A stretch of DNA of 64,000 nucleotides from Gemmatimonadales bacterium. Its GTDB lineage: Bacteria > Gemmatimonadota > Gemmatimonadetes > Gemmatimonadales > GWC2-71-9. The DNA lies in contig JBFGJG010000014.1 of the NCBI GenBank assembly GCA_041577295.1, positions 1 to 64,000 on the forward strand, given 5' to 3'. Numbering within the stretch: the first letter of the stretch is position 1; each line of letters starts with the position of its first letter. Below the pieces are notes generated by a model. The model worked only from the letters and a program-made list of their open reading frames with translations. It ran no database searches and was not told the DNA's origin. Of the stretch, positions 9,449-19,238 are shown piece by piece. Both the position numbers and the translations under genes were made by a program.

Positions 9449-11407
9449 TTACTCCTCGGCGGGGGTGGCCACTGTCGCGACGATTTCGCGCAGCTCCTTG
9501 AGCGTGAACGGCTTGTGGAGAAACGGTCGTCCGGTGTTCTCGAGAAACTGCTGAGCGTCCCCGTGTACGGTGTCACCAGTGGCGAACACCACGCGCTGTG
9601 CCGATTTGGGGTGTTCACGTTGCAGCCGATCGAAGAACTCTCTCCCCCCCACCTTGGGCATGCGGAGGTCGCAGATGATGACGTCGAAGTCGTGCGTGCC
9701 GATGCGCTCGAGCGCCTCGGTCCCATCGGATGCTACCGAGACGTCGTGCCCCCACGCTTCGAGTGTGGCGACCATGTAGTGCAGAATGTGGGGCTCGTCA
9801 TCGACCACGAGGATCTCGAGCTCACCCGTTTCCGGCACTTCGACCGCGTCCTGCTCCTCCTCGGCGGTGCCACCTGGCAGTTCGATCCGGAACGTCGCGC
9901 CACCCTTGGGACCCGGTGCGTATGCAATGCGACCGCCGTGCTCCTTGATGATCCCGTGGCAGATTGAGAGTCCGAGCCCCGTCCCTTCTCCCTCCGGCTT
10001 GGTGGTGAAGAACGGCTCGAAGATGCGTTCGCCGATTTCGTCCGGAATACCGGGACCGTCGTCTTCGACGATCACGGCCACTCCATCGAGCCACTGCGTT
10101 GCCGTAATGGTGATGCGGCCACCCTTTCCTGAGGAGCGGATTGCCTGGGCCGCGTTGTTGATGACGTTGACGAAGACTTGCTGAATCTGATTGGAATCCA
10201 CCTGGACGGTGGGGAGGTTGTCCTCCAGGTGCAGCGTGGCTTCCACCTTTGTTGCCATCAGCTGGTTCTTGAGCAACAAGAGAGTAGCCTCGAGAAGCGG
10301 ACCGATCGGTTGTGGCTTGCGTTGCGCTTCGTGCTTGCGGGCGAACCCCAAGAGATTACGGACGATCTTGGCGGCACGTTCAGCCTCCTGCCGGATCGCG
10401 CGGAGCGGGCCCCGCAGATGTGCGGGGGTGTCACCGCTCTCTTCGACGAGGTAATCCGCGAAGCCCACCACGGAGGCCAAGGGGTTGTTGAGGTCGTGCG
10501 CGATACCGGCAATGAGCTGCCCGATTGCGGACATTTTTTCCGATTGAATGAGCTGCTCTTGCAGTTGTCGCTTGTCGGTCTGATCGTCGAATACCAACAC
10601 CGACATGTCCTCATTGTCTTTGAGGGGGAACGCCGAGAGGGTGAACAGCCGCGACCCAGCCTTGAGCTCGACAGTGCGCGTGCCGTCTTTGGCCGCCATT
10701 GCGCGTGCCACCAGATCGGCCCAGGAGGCGGGCAGTACCGCAATCCACGGCTGCCCGTTGAGCGAGGGAACGGGGATTTTCACGAGCTCGCCAAAGGCCC
10801 GGTTGGCCCGGCGCACGGTTCCGTGTCCATCCACCACGCAGAATGCCTGACGGATCGCGTCGACGGATTGCTCCCACTCTCGTTTTCCCGCTTGCAGCAG
10901 TTCGAGGAGTCGCGCGTTTTCGAGCGCCATCGCAAATTGCGACGCGATCGCGCTCAGGAAGTCGCGGTGCCACTCGGCGAAGCGGCCGGGTGTCGACGAC
11001 CAGAGTGAGATGAATCCCACGTTCCGTCCGGCTGCGACGACCGGAACACCTACCCAGGAACGGACATGTTCTGGCACTGCGGGGCCGAAGCGATCCCGGT
11101 CCTCGGGGCGCACCACGGTTAGCACTCTCGCCCCGTCTCTGATAACAGCCCGGATGAGTGGATCGTTCGGCGTGGGATTTGCATAGTTGTGGGCGTGGGC
11201 CACCGACTGCCGCTTCTTCTCCGGGTCCCGGGGGATGATGAGGAAGGCGTCGGGGGTGAGCGATTCTCGGATCGCTCGAGCCACCCGGTCGGCTGCGGAG
11301 GAGACGTTGCCGCACCCGGCAAGCTGACGGCCGAGGTTTGTCAGCGTGCTCAGAGCCTCGAATCCAGATCGAAGATCTGGGGTACTAGGCGCTGGAGACT
11401 GCGACAT
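9449..11407 (-). CDS. Hybrid sensor histidine kinase (GAF-PAS-HisKA-HATPase-REC)
   Basis: H-box AHDLNNPL, N-box [26 protein letters not shown]; receiver VVDDE...DLRMP...KPF. Start set at ATG 11407. Confidence 0.93.
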   Translation of the reverse strand: MSQSPAPSTPDLRSGFEALSTLTNLGRQLAGCGNVSSAADRVARAIRESLTPDAFLIIPRDPEKKRQSVAHAHNYANPTPNDPLIRAVIRDGARVLTVVRPEDRDRFGPAVPEHVRSWVGVPVVAAGRNVGFISLWSSTPGRFAEWHRDFLSAIASQFAMALENARLLELLQAGKREWEQSVDAIRQAFCVVDGHGTVRRANRAFGELVKIPVPSLNGQPWIAVLPASWADLVARAMAAKDGTRTVELKAGSRLFTLSAFPLKDNEDMSVLVFDDQTDKRQLQEQLIQSEKMSAIGQLIAGIAHDLNNPLASVVGFADYLVEESGDTPAHLRGPLRAIRQEAERAAKIVRNLLGFARKHEAQRKPQPIGPLLEATLLLLKNQLMATKVEATLHLEDNLPTVQVDSNQIQQVFVNVINNAAQAIRSSGKGGRITITATQWLDGVAVIVEDDGPGIPDEIGERIFEPFFTTKPEGEGTGLGLSICHGIIKEHGGRIAYAPGPKGGATFRIELPGGTAEEEQDAVEVPETGELEILVVDDEPHILHYMVATLEAWGHDVSVASDGTEALERIGTHDFDVIICDLRMPKVGGREFFDRLQREHPKSAQRVVFATGDTVHGDAQQFLENTGRPFLHKPFTLKELREIVATVATPAEE

Positions 11408-12131
11408 GATATTGGCCAACCTGCGAGAGCGACTGACAGCAGACGACCTGGATCTCGTCGTGCGCGTCCTGGCCGATGAGGATGACACCCGTCGGCGTGC
11501 GCTGGAACGCACGCTCGAGATGCAGGGTCCCGATGCCGTGCTCGACCATCCCGAGCTGTGGGACCGATTGCACAGCCACCGCAAACTCGGCAGTCCCTCG
11601 GCTGCGCTGTTCCTCTATCTCGGTGTTCGGCATACGCTCCGTTCGGTCGGAATCGACGACATAAGGCTCACGGACTACCTGGGTGCATTGTTGCTCGAGT
11701 TCGGCTTTCGTGGCCGGGCCTATCGTGTGGCGCGGTACAGCGAGCACGAGTACTCCTACCTCACTGACATCGTTGCGGATCTCGCAACGTCCGCCGGTCG
11801 CTCCGGATTTCTCCTTCGGGCGCATCTAGGCAACTTTAGTTTGTGGATCGCCGGGATTTTCCCGGACTACATCACCGCCCGCAAGCGCCGCAAGGGTGGT
11901 CCGGACCTCGGGTACTACGATGAGCTGGGCGCGCGGGGATTCCGGCTGGCATCCGACGATCGCATGGCTCGCGAGCTCGACCTGGCGGATGTCTACGCAA
12001 GCGCCGCCAACTCGTTCTCGACGATCCGGGTTGCCCTGAACCGGATGTCGGACCGGATCTTCTTTCCCAATCAGTCGTCGCCAGACCGGCTGATGCGACA
12101 GGTGGCCGACGAGTTCAATCTCACGGCCTGA
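11406..12131 (+). CDS. Hypothetical protein (helical)
   Basis: [10 protein letters not shown]...; GGAG SD at 11395-11398; fills the gap with a protein-like sequence (HLGNFSLWIAGIFPD). Confidence 0.75.
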   Translation: MILANLRERLTADDLDLVVRVLADEDDTRRRALERTLEMQGPDAVLDHPELWDRLHSHRKLGSPSAALFLYLGVRHTLRSVGIDDIRLTDYLGALLLEFGFRGRAYRVARYSEHEYSYLTDIVADLATSAGRSGFLLRAHLGNFSLWIAGIFPDYITARKRRKGGPDLGYYDELGARGFRLASDDRMARELDLADVYASAANSFSTIRVALNRMSDRIFFPNQSSPDRLMRQVADEFNLTA

Positions 12132-12151
12132 GCGTCACTTCCCCCCGTCGG

Positions 12152-12640
12152 TCAGCGCGCTCCGGTGTCGATCGGACCGAACAGAGGACACCGGTCGTCA
12201 CTCACCGCCCCCCAGGTGACTCGCAGCCCGTAGAGCGGTAGCGTGGATTCGGTCCCCGTTATCGATCCAAGCTGGGGGTAGCCATATGGCGGGTCGGTCT
12301 CGAATATCAGAATTCCTTTGAAGGTGTCGGCGGAGTCCTCCACCAGCGCCAGGCCAAACCCGGGCACCGTGGGGAACCCGCTTCCCTCATAGCCGACGAT
12401 CGTCCCCTCTGGCCCGCTCGCCGCGATGGCGCGGGCGGTGCCATAGCCCACCACCCGGGCTGGGACGACTCCCGACAGCTCGGGTGGAGCCTCGGTGAGG
12501 ACTTTGCTCGAGATCCGGAGCTGTTCCAGCACCATCGAGGCGCCTGCCATGCTGGCGAAGCCACAGACCGCGCTGTTCTCCGGATTGCCGCCGCCACAGG
12601 CGACGAGCGCGACGAGCATCACCGACAGATTTCTGAACAT
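12152..12640 (-). CDS. Putative lipoprotein
   Basis: MFRNLSVMLVALVAC lipobox-like signal; ATG 12640. Confidence 0.7.
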   Translation of the reverse strand: MFRNLSVMLVALVACGGGNPENSAVCGFASMAGASMVLEQLRISSKVLTEAPPELSGVVPARVVGYGTARAIAASGPEGTIVGYEGSGFPTVPGFGLALVEDSADTFKGILIFETDPPYGYPQLGSITGTESTLPLYGLRVTWGAVSDDRCPLFGPIDTGAR

Positions 12641-12692
12641 ATCACCAGGAATTGTACGTTCTGTGACATTTGACGACCAGCGCACACTTCGC

Positions 12693-12721
12693 TTGACCCC
12701 GTTTTGGGGGGCGCGTATCGT
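12693..12721 (+). promoter_or_regulatory. Sigma70-type promoter for the zinc-ribbon/PspA-like operon
   Basis: TTGACC-17 nt-TATCGT. Confidence 0.6.
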
Positions 12722-12759
12722 TTCCTCAACCAACATCTTTTCGTCGAGGGAAGGCTCAA

Positions 12760-12924
12760 ATGCCGACGTATGAGTACCGGTGCACCAAATGCAAGAAGCG
12801 ATTTTCGAAGGTTGAGCACATCGCTAAGCATGGGCAGAAGCGTCCCGCCTGTCCCAAATGCAAGTCGACCGCGGTGGAACAGCTGCTTACCGCATTCTAC
12901 GCGAAGACGGTCAAGAAGAGCTAG
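12760..12924 (+). CDS. FmdB-family zinc-ribbon protein (54 aa)
   Basis: Below the ORF-track cutoff. MPTYEYRCTKC...PACPKCKS is the classic MP.YEY.C..C / CP.C signature; GAGGGAAGG SD. Confidence 0.88.
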   Translation: MPTYEYRCTKCKKRFSKVEHIAKHGQKRPACPKCKSTAVEQLLTAFYAKTVKKS

Positions 12925-13493
12925 TGTTTGAGCGCCTCCGGGCCGCATTGAATGCGGCGTTGGACGCCGCGATGCCGCCCCCGGATCCCCGCGACTTCGC
13001 GCAGCAGATGCAACACGCGATCATCGAGGCCCGCACCTCGCTCGAGAAGATGCAACAGGGGATTGAGGCAACCGAGCGCGAGCTGACCGCCGAACGCAAG
13101 GCCTTTGCTGATGCCGAGCGGCGTGGGCGACTCGCCGCGGGGATCGGGGATGACGAAACCGTGTCGGTCGCGCAGCGGTTTGCGTCGAAGCACGGCAAGC
13201 GAGTGCAAGTGCTCGAACAGAAGCTCGAGGCGCAGCGCGCCGAGATGACATTGGCCGAGCGCGAGGTACAAGAGATGAAGACCCAGTATCTGGAGTATGA
13301 GCGCTCTCGCCCCGCGGATGAAGCGTCGCGCCGTGTGGACGCGGCGTGGCGGGATCTCGAGGCCGCCGGTCTCAAGCGCCCGACTTCCTCAGAGGGTGGC
13401 GACGTCTTGGGGCGTCGGCTCGATCGTGCGGCGCGCGAGGCTCAAGCGCAGGCCCAGTTGGACGCCCTCAAGCGGAAGATGGGTCGCTCATAG
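12924..13493 (+). CDS. PspA/IM30-like coiled-coil protein
   Basis: GTG start overlapping the upstream TAG; amphipathic MFERLRAALNAALD N-terminus, long coiled coil, A...GD.E..A motif, C-terminal L.ALKRKMG. Confidence 0.65.
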   Translation: MFERLRAALNAALDAAMPPPDPRDFAQQMQHAIIEARTSLEKMQQGIEATERELTAERKAFADAERRGRLAAGIGDDETVSVAQRFASKHGKRVQVLEQKLEAQRAEMTLAEREVQEMKTQYLEYERSRPADEASRRVDAAWRDLEAAGLKRPTSSEGGDVLGRRLDRAAREAQAQAQLDALKRKMGRS

Positions 13494-13502
13494 GATAGAG
13501 TC

Positions 13503-13901
13503 ATGGAGATCAAACCAGACCGAATGGTCTACTTGGGTTACGGGAAGTACTGGCGTTCGGATGCGATCGTCGGGCTCATGCCCATCGAGGAGGATCGCGG
13601 CCCGGGGCGGCGGACCGAAGTGTACACGGCCACGCTCGATGAACCGATCATCGCTTCCCGGAGCGAGCAGGCCATCCTGCAGGACATGGCGCTCGCCACC
13701 GAGGAGCAGTTTCACGTCCAGGAGGTCCGCGAAGCGCTTTCCGACATCCTGGACGCCCTAGAGGGATTCCCTGACGTGCTCGATCGGATGCTGGCGCTCG
13801 AGGCCCATTTCGACGTCACGGCGTGGACGCGGCGCCTCCGCACCCTGCTCAACACCGAGGTTGCCCGCGCCACCGCGGACCAGAACGACCTCTTCAGCTA
13901 A
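13503..13901 (+). CDS. Hypothetical protein with RemA/DUF370-like N-terminal domain
   Basis: YLGYGKY...IVGL...GRRT.V pattern resembles RemA (IGFGNIV...GRRTRAV). Confidence 0.6.
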   Translation: MEIKPDRMVYLGYGKYWRSDAIVGLMPIEEDRGPGRRTEVYTATLDEPIIASRSEQAILQDMALATEEQFHVQEVREALSDILDALEGFPDVLDRMLALEAHFDVTAWTRRLRTLLNTEVARATADQNDLFS

Positions 13902-15394
13902 CTCGCGCGTCCCGCCTCCGTCGTGAAGAAGGAGGACCACTTTTCCTCTGGTGACGGCGCAGTCAGCAAGCTCACAAGGACCAGCAAGCTCAACGAGATC
14001 AGCACCCCCGGGATCACGATGTAGTCGCTGCTCGCAAAGTCGAACTCGGTTCCGCCAATGGTGGTGGCAAAGCTCACGCCAAGCCGGCTGAGGACCCCGA
14101 TCCCCACGATGCTGAAGAGTCCACCGGCGATGCACGCCACACCACCCGCCGGTGTCACTCGTTTCCACAAAAACGCGGCTAACAGGGCCGGTGTAAGGCT
14201 GGCGCCAACGAGCGAGTACGCGTAAAGGGCCATCGAAAGCACGGTTTGGAACTGCGTCAATAGGAAGAGACCAGCCACACCGAAAATGGCGACCGACGCG
14301 CGCTGCAGACGCAACTTCTGCTGTTCCGTGGCGTCTGGGCGGATGAAGCGCTGGTAGATGTCTCGACTCACGTTGGTCGAGGGGACGAGCAGAAAAGTGT
14401 TCCCAGTGGACAGTACGATGGCGATCGCTGCGGCCAGCAAGATGGCCCCGAAAAGGACCGGCAACCCCTGTCTTGCAATGAAGAGGATCACGGTCTCGGA
14501 GGCGGCCCGCCCGACGATCGACGTCTGCGCCACGAGGTCGGGATACGCGGCGCGACCCACGATGGCAAGGAGCGCCAACGCCGTCTCGATGACCATGATA
14601 CCCACCACCATGCCAATCACGGCCTGGCGAGCAGCGCGCTCGTTCTTGGCGGAAAAAAACTTCTGATACATCCCGCTCTCGCCGAGGATGAGCAGGAACG
14701 TGGGCATGGCGACGCCCATGACCCAGAGGACGTTGTGACCCCCAAGCGGGGTGGTGTGTTCCTCGGGTAAGGCTGCCAAGACCTGTCCGATCCCGCCGAC
14801 CTCGAGGATCATATACGGCAATGCCAGAAGCACACCGAGCGTGATGATGATGCCGTTGAAGATGTCAACGGTCACGATCGACACCATCCCTGCCAGTGCG
14901 GTGAACAGCACAATGGCGGCAGCCGTGATGTACATACCAGTCGTCGGGTCGATCCAGCCGTCGGTTACAATGGTGAGAATCCAGCCACCACCGCGGAACT
15001 GGTACGCCGCGATGGTGACGTAGGCGAGAATAATCGCGAGCGTGCCGAACAAGCGCGCGGCGGCGTTGTATCGTTGCTCCAGCAGATCTGGCACCGTGTA
15101 CTGCGCAATGCGTCGCACTCGCCCCGCAATGAAGTACGCCACGACCAGACCCGCCCACCCACCGAAGGAGAACCACAGCTCGGCGATCCCGGTCCGATAC
15201 GCCAAACCCGCGCCCCCGAAGAGCGAACCGGAGCCGATCCAGGTACACACCAGGGTTCCGACGAGCAGCGCGACCGGCACCGCGCGACCTGCCACCATGA
15301 AGTCCTCGTGACTCTTCACACCGCGCGCCCGCCACAAGCTGACGCCGATGAGGATCAACGGGTAGGCGAGGACGACTGCGACGAGCAGGCTCAT
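13898..15394 (-). CDS. Sodium:solute symporter (SSS/PutP family)
   Basis: DFMVAGR, TWIGSGS, TVPDLLEQRY, about 13 TM segments; ATG 15394 with GGAG SD. Confidence 0.9.
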   Translation of the reverse strand: MSLLVAVVLAYPLILIGVSLWRARGVKSHEDFMVAGRAVPVALLVGTLVCTWIGSGSLFGGAGLAYRTGIAELWFSFGGWAGLVVAYFIAGRVRRIAQYTVPDLLEQRYNAAARLFGTLAIILAYVTIAAYQFRGGGWILTIVTDGWIDPTTGMYITAAAIVLFTALAGMVSIVTVDIFNGIIITLGVLLALPYMILEVGGIGQVLAALPEEHTTPLGGHNVLWVMGVAMPTFLLILGESGMYQKFFSAKNERAARQAVIGMVVGIMVIETALALLAIVGRAAYPDLVAQTSIVGRAASETVILFIARQGLPVLFGAILLAAAIAIVLSTGNTFLLVPSTNVSRDIYQRFIRPDATEQQKLRLQRASVAIFGVAGLFLLTQFQTVLSMALYAYSLVGASLTPALLAAFLWKRVTPAGGVACIAGGLFSIVGIGVLSRLGVSFATTIGGTEFDFASSDYIVIPGVLISLSLLVLVSLLTAPSPEEKWSSFFTTEAGRAS

Positions 15395-15439
15395 GAGACG
15401 CTCCGACAAAAGTGCGGGGCCATATTTAGCAGAAATGCG

Positions 15440-16444
15440 TCACGCGTGTAAGACAGGCGTGGGGAGCGGCTCTTCGGCGTAGTGGCACGCGGCCAACCGA
15501 CCGGGCACGATCTCGCGCAGGTCCGGTACCTCGCTTCGGCAACGGTCGTCCTTCCGCGGATGGGGGCAGCGCGGGTGAAACACGCACCCGGATGGCGGAC
15601 GTCGTGGGCTCGGCGGATCGCCCGGAAGCACGATGCGCGCGCGCTTGGTCTTGGGGTCCGGAATGGGCACTGCGGACAAGAGTGAGGTCGTGTACGGGTG
15701 CTGCGGATTGGTGAACAGCTGCTCAGTCGTCGTGAGCTCCATCAACCGCCCGAAGTACATCACTGCAACCCGGTCGGTGAGATGCCGCACCACGGCAAGA
15801 TCGTGAGCAATGAACAGATAGGTGAGCTCCCGCCGCTCCCGCAGGTCGGCGAGCAGGTTCAGCACCTGGGCCTGCACCGACACGTCGAGCGCTGACACGG
15901 GTTCGTCCAGCACCAGGAACTCCGGCCCCACCGAGAGCGCTCGAGCGATTCCCACCCGCTGACGTTGACCGCCGGACAGTTCGTGCGGATATCGCGTGGC
16001 AAATCCGGCATCGAGGCCCACCTCGGCCAGGAGTGCCTCTACTCGTTTGCGGGCGTCGGCGCCACGCGCGAGACCATGTACCTCGAGCGGTTCTCGAATG
16101 GCCGCGCCGATGGTCATGCGCGGGTTGAGCGAGCCGTATGGATCCTGAAATACGATCTGCATGCGGCGTCGCAGGAGCCGCAACGCCTTGCCATCGAGGC
16201 GGAGCACGTCGATACCATCGAACCGCACGCTGCCACTTGTCGGCTCGGTGAGGCGGAGCACGCACCGTCCCAGCGTTGTCTTCCCACTTCCACTCTCACC
16301 AACGAGCCCGACGGCTTCACCGCGCAGCACCGTGAGGCTCACGCCGTCGACCGCTCGGACCGGCGGGAGCTTCAAGAACAGCCCTCGCCCGCTCGTGAAC
16401 GCTTTGCGGAGATCGCGAATCTCGAGGAGTGGGGATTGTGTCAC
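15440..16444 (-). CDS. oppF: Oligo/dipeptide ABC transporter ATP-binding protein (OppF/DppF)
   Basis: [25 protein letters not shown]-terminal Cys cluster; GTGA overlap start. Confidence 0.9.
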   Translation of the reverse strand: MTQSPLLEIRDLRKAFTSGRGLFLKLPPVRAVDGVSLTVLRGEAVGLVGESGSGKTTLGRCVLRLTEPTSGSVRFDGIDVLRLDGKALRLLRRRMQIVFQDPYGSLNPRMTIGAAIREPLEVHGLARGADARKRVEALLAEVGLDAGFATRYPHELSGGQRQRVGIARALSVGPEFLVLDEPVSALDVSVQAQVLNLLADLRERRELTYLFIAHDLAVVRHLTDRVAVMYFGRLMELTTTEQLFTNPQHPYTTSLLSAVPIPDPKTKRARIVLPGDPPSPRRPPSGCVFHPRCPHPRKDDRCRSEVPDLREIVPGRLAACHYAEEPLPTPVLHA

Positions 16445-17427
16445 ACACGTCTCCGCTGCGGTTCTTCCACCAACCAGCATCGGACGGTGTGTGGGCCGTC
16501 GGTGAGCAGTGGCGGATGTTCGGACCGGCACCGGTCCCACACATACGGGCATCGAGGGTGGAAGCGGCATGCTGGTGGCCAGGCGGTGGCCGAGGGGACG
16601 GTTCCCGCGATGGCGGTGAGGCGTCGTGCCGGCCGGTCGAGCCTGGGCACGGCGCGGAGCAACCCTTCGGTATAGGGGTGCATTGGCTTGTCAAACAACG
16701 CCGTGGTCTCCGTAAGCTCCACGATCTGGCCGCCGTACATAACCGCGACGCGATCGGCAACGCCGGCCACCACGCCCAGGTCATGGCTGATGAGGATCAT
16801 CGACATTCCGAGCCGCTGCTTGAGGTCGATCAACAGCTCGAGAATCTGCGCCTGTACGGTCACGTCGAGTGCCGTGGTCGGTTCGTCCGCGATGAGAATT
16901 TTTGGCTCGCATGAGAGCGCAATCGCGATCATGACCCGCTGTTGCATGCCCCCACTCAGTTGATGGGGGTAGGCACGCAACCGCTCTTCGGGGTCGGGCA
17001 GCCCAACGAGCCGGAGGAGCTCCGCAGCGCGCGCGCGGGCCGCATCTCGACTGATCGTGCGGTGCGCGCGAAGCGTTTCCATGATCTGTGTGCCCACAGT
17101 GAGCACGGGGTTGAGGCTGGTTGTGGGATCCTGGAAGATCATGGCGATCTGCGCGCCGCGGATCCGACGAAGCGCTTTCCCGTCCAACTCCAGCACGTTG
17201 ACACCTTGATACTCCACGCGCGCGCTTCGCTCGATCCGCGCAGCTGTTCCTTCCAACAAGCGCAACAAAGAGAGGGCCGTGACTGTCTTGCCACAACCCG
17301 ACTCGCCCACGAGCCCTAACGTCTCGCCGGGGAAGAGGTCGAACGAAACGTCGTCTACGGCCCGCGCCCAGCCGTTGTCGGTTGGAAAGCTCGTCGCGAG
17401 ATGCCGCACCTGAAGGATCGGGTTCAT
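16441..17427 (-). CDS. oppD: Oligo/dipeptide ABC transporter ATP-binding protein (OppD/DppD)
   Basis: [33 protein letters not shown] 17427 (MNPILQV). Confidence 0.9.
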   Translation of the reverse strand: MNPILQVRHLATSFPTDNGWARAVDDVSFDLFPGETLGLVGESGCGKTVTALSLLRLLEGTAARIERSARVEYQGVNVLELDGKALRRIRGAQIAMIFQDPTTSLNPVLTVGTQIMETLRAHRTISRDAARARAAELLRLVGLPDPEERLRAYPHQLSGGMQQRVMIAIALSCEPKILIADEPTTALDVTVQAQILELLIDLKQRLGMSMILISHDLGVVAGVADRVAVMYGGQIVELTETTALFDKPMHPYTEGLLRAVPRLDRPARRLTAIAGTVPSATAWPPACRFHPRCPYVWDRCRSEHPPLLTDGPHTVRCWLVEEPQRRRV

Positions 17428-18260
17428 TGCGATCGCGGATCCAAGGCGTTGCGGAGACCGTCTCCCAGCAGACTGAAGGCGATCACCGTGAGCACGATGG
17501 CGAATCCGGGAAAGATGGCGATCCACGGCGCGCTCGTAAGCAGGCTCTGACCCTCCTGGATGATTGCGCCCCACGACGGCGTGGGTGGGCGCACGCCAAT
17601 GCCGAGAAACGAGAGCCCGGCCTCGATGAGAATGATGTGTCCCATCCCCAGTGTGGCCGTGACGATTACGGGCGCCGCCACGTTGGGAAGCAGATGATAC
17701 AGAAACAGCCGAGCCCGTCCCGTGCCGAGTGCCTGCGCAGCAGCGATAAACTCCCGATCCCTGAGGCTCAAAATCTCCGCGCGTACGAGGCGACTGGTAC
17801 CAAACCAACTCGTCAGACCCAGGATGACGATCAGCACGCCGACGGTGACGTCCTGCCACAGGGCCAGGACCACGAGCAAGAGGAAGATGCGTGGGACGGC
17901 CAAGGCGGCATCGACGGCGCGCATCAGCATGGCATCGACAACCCCACCCGCCGTGCCCGCGACCCATCCCACCAACGTGCCAACGGTAATGGAGAGGAAC
18001 ACCGACAGAAAGGCGACGGTGAGCGAGATCCGTCCGCCGTACAGCACCCGGCTCAGCAGGTCGCGGCTGAAGAAATCTGTGCCAAACGGGTGGCCCGGCG
18101 AGGGTGGTTGCAGTTGCCGGGTCGCGAGGTCGAGCTGCTCGGTCGGGTCGTACGGTGTGAGCACGGGTGCGACGACGGCAAGTAGGACCAACGCCGCCAC
18201 CATCCCCACCCCGATGCGGGCACGACGGTCGCTCAGAAGACGGCGCGTCAGGACATTCAT
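17424..18260 (-). CDS. oppC: Oligo/dipeptide ABC transporter permease (OppC/DppC)
   Basis: HPFGTD..SRD, EAA-like AAQALG, EAGLSFLG, LGDGLR. Confidence 0.9.
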   Translation of the reverse strand: MNVLTRRLLSDRRARIGVGMVAALVLLAVVAPVLTPYDPTEQLDLATRQLQPPSPGHPFGTDFFSRDLLSRVLYGGRISLTVAFLSVFLSITVGTLVGWVAGTAGGVVDAMLMRAVDAALAVPRIFLLLVVLALWQDVTVGVLIVILGLTSWFGTSRLVRAEILSLRDREFIAAAQALGTGRARLFLYHLLPNVAAPVIVTATLGMGHIILIEAGLSFLGIGVRPPTPSWGAIIQEGQSLLTSAPWIAIFPGFAIVLTVIAFSLLGDGLRNALDPRSQ

Positions 18261-19231
18261 TGGCGGCGCGTCCTCGGATCCACCACGAAGTACAGCGTAT
18301 CCGATACGAAGTTGCCGGTCACGACCAGCGCAGCGGACAGCATGGCGGTGCCGCTCACCACGAAGTAGTCGCGCTTGAAGATCGAGTCGACGGCCAGCTT
18401 CCCCATACCCGGCCAGCTGAACACCGTCTCGACCAGCACCGCTCCAGACAGGAGAATTGGGAGAGAAAGGCCAAAGATCGTGATCACCGGCAGCAACGCA
18501 TTACGCAGGGCATGTCGGATGAGCACCGCACGTTGTGACAACCCGCGTGCGCGGGCGGCTCGAACGAAGTCCTGGCGGATCACCTCGAGCATCGCGGCGC
18601 GTTGGTATCTCGCAGTCGCCGCGGCACCGACGAGCCCTAAGGTCACGGCTGGGAGGATGAGGTGGATCAGTCGGTCGCCGATCTTGCCGAGCAGAGAGAG
18701 GTGCGGGTACGCCACCGCGTCCCGCGCGCCACCGGCGGGCAACCAATCCAATCCGACCGCAAACACCAGCAGCAGCATGATCCCCAGCCAAAAGATGGGG
18801 ATCGAGTAGAGCGTGAGGCTCACCACGGAGAGCGTATCGTCGAGCCGGGAGTTGGGGTGCGCGCCTTGGGTCACGCCAAGCCCGATCCCGATGGTGAAGT
18901 CGATCAGGAGTGCGACGACGGCCAACAGTAGCGTGTTTGGCAGGCGGTCCCGGATGGCGTGCCAGGCGGGACGGCGCTCGGCGAAGGAGATACCCAGATC
19001 ACCGCGGGCCAGGCGCTGGAGGTAACGCACGTACTGTTCGTGGAGTGGCCGATCCAGGCCAAAGTTGCGTCGGTGCTGCTCGAGCAACTCCGTGGAGACC
19101 GTGCCTCCCTGTTCCATCCGCACGCTAAACGGATCGCCGGGGGCGACTTGCAGGAGCACAAACGTGATGGTGGCGACCAAAAAGATGATCGTCACCGCCT
19201 GGAGGAAGCGGAGCGCGACGAACCGCGTCAC
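18257..19231 (-). CDS. oppB: Oligo/dipeptide ABC transporter permease (OppB/DppB)
   Basis: PGDP, GDLGIS, ARARGL, HALRNA, ETVFSWPGMG, DPR. Confidence 0.9.
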   Translation of the reverse strand: MTRFVALRFLQAVTIIFLVATITFVLLQVAPGDPFSVRMEQGGTVSTELLEQHRRNFGLDRPLHEQYVRYLQRLARGDLGISFAERRPAWHAIRDRLPNTLLLAVVALLIDFTIGIGLGVTQGAHPNSRLDDTLSVVSLTLYSIPIFWLGIMLLLVFAVGLDWLPAGGARDAVAYPHLSLLGKIGDRLIHLILPAVTLGLVGAAATARYQRAAMLEVIRQDFVRAARARGLSQRAVLIRHALRNALLPVITIFGLSLPILLSGAVLVETVFSWPGMGKLAVDSIFKRDYFVVSGTAMLSAALVVTGNFVSDTLYFVVDPRTRRQ

Positions 19232-19238
19232 GCCGTGC

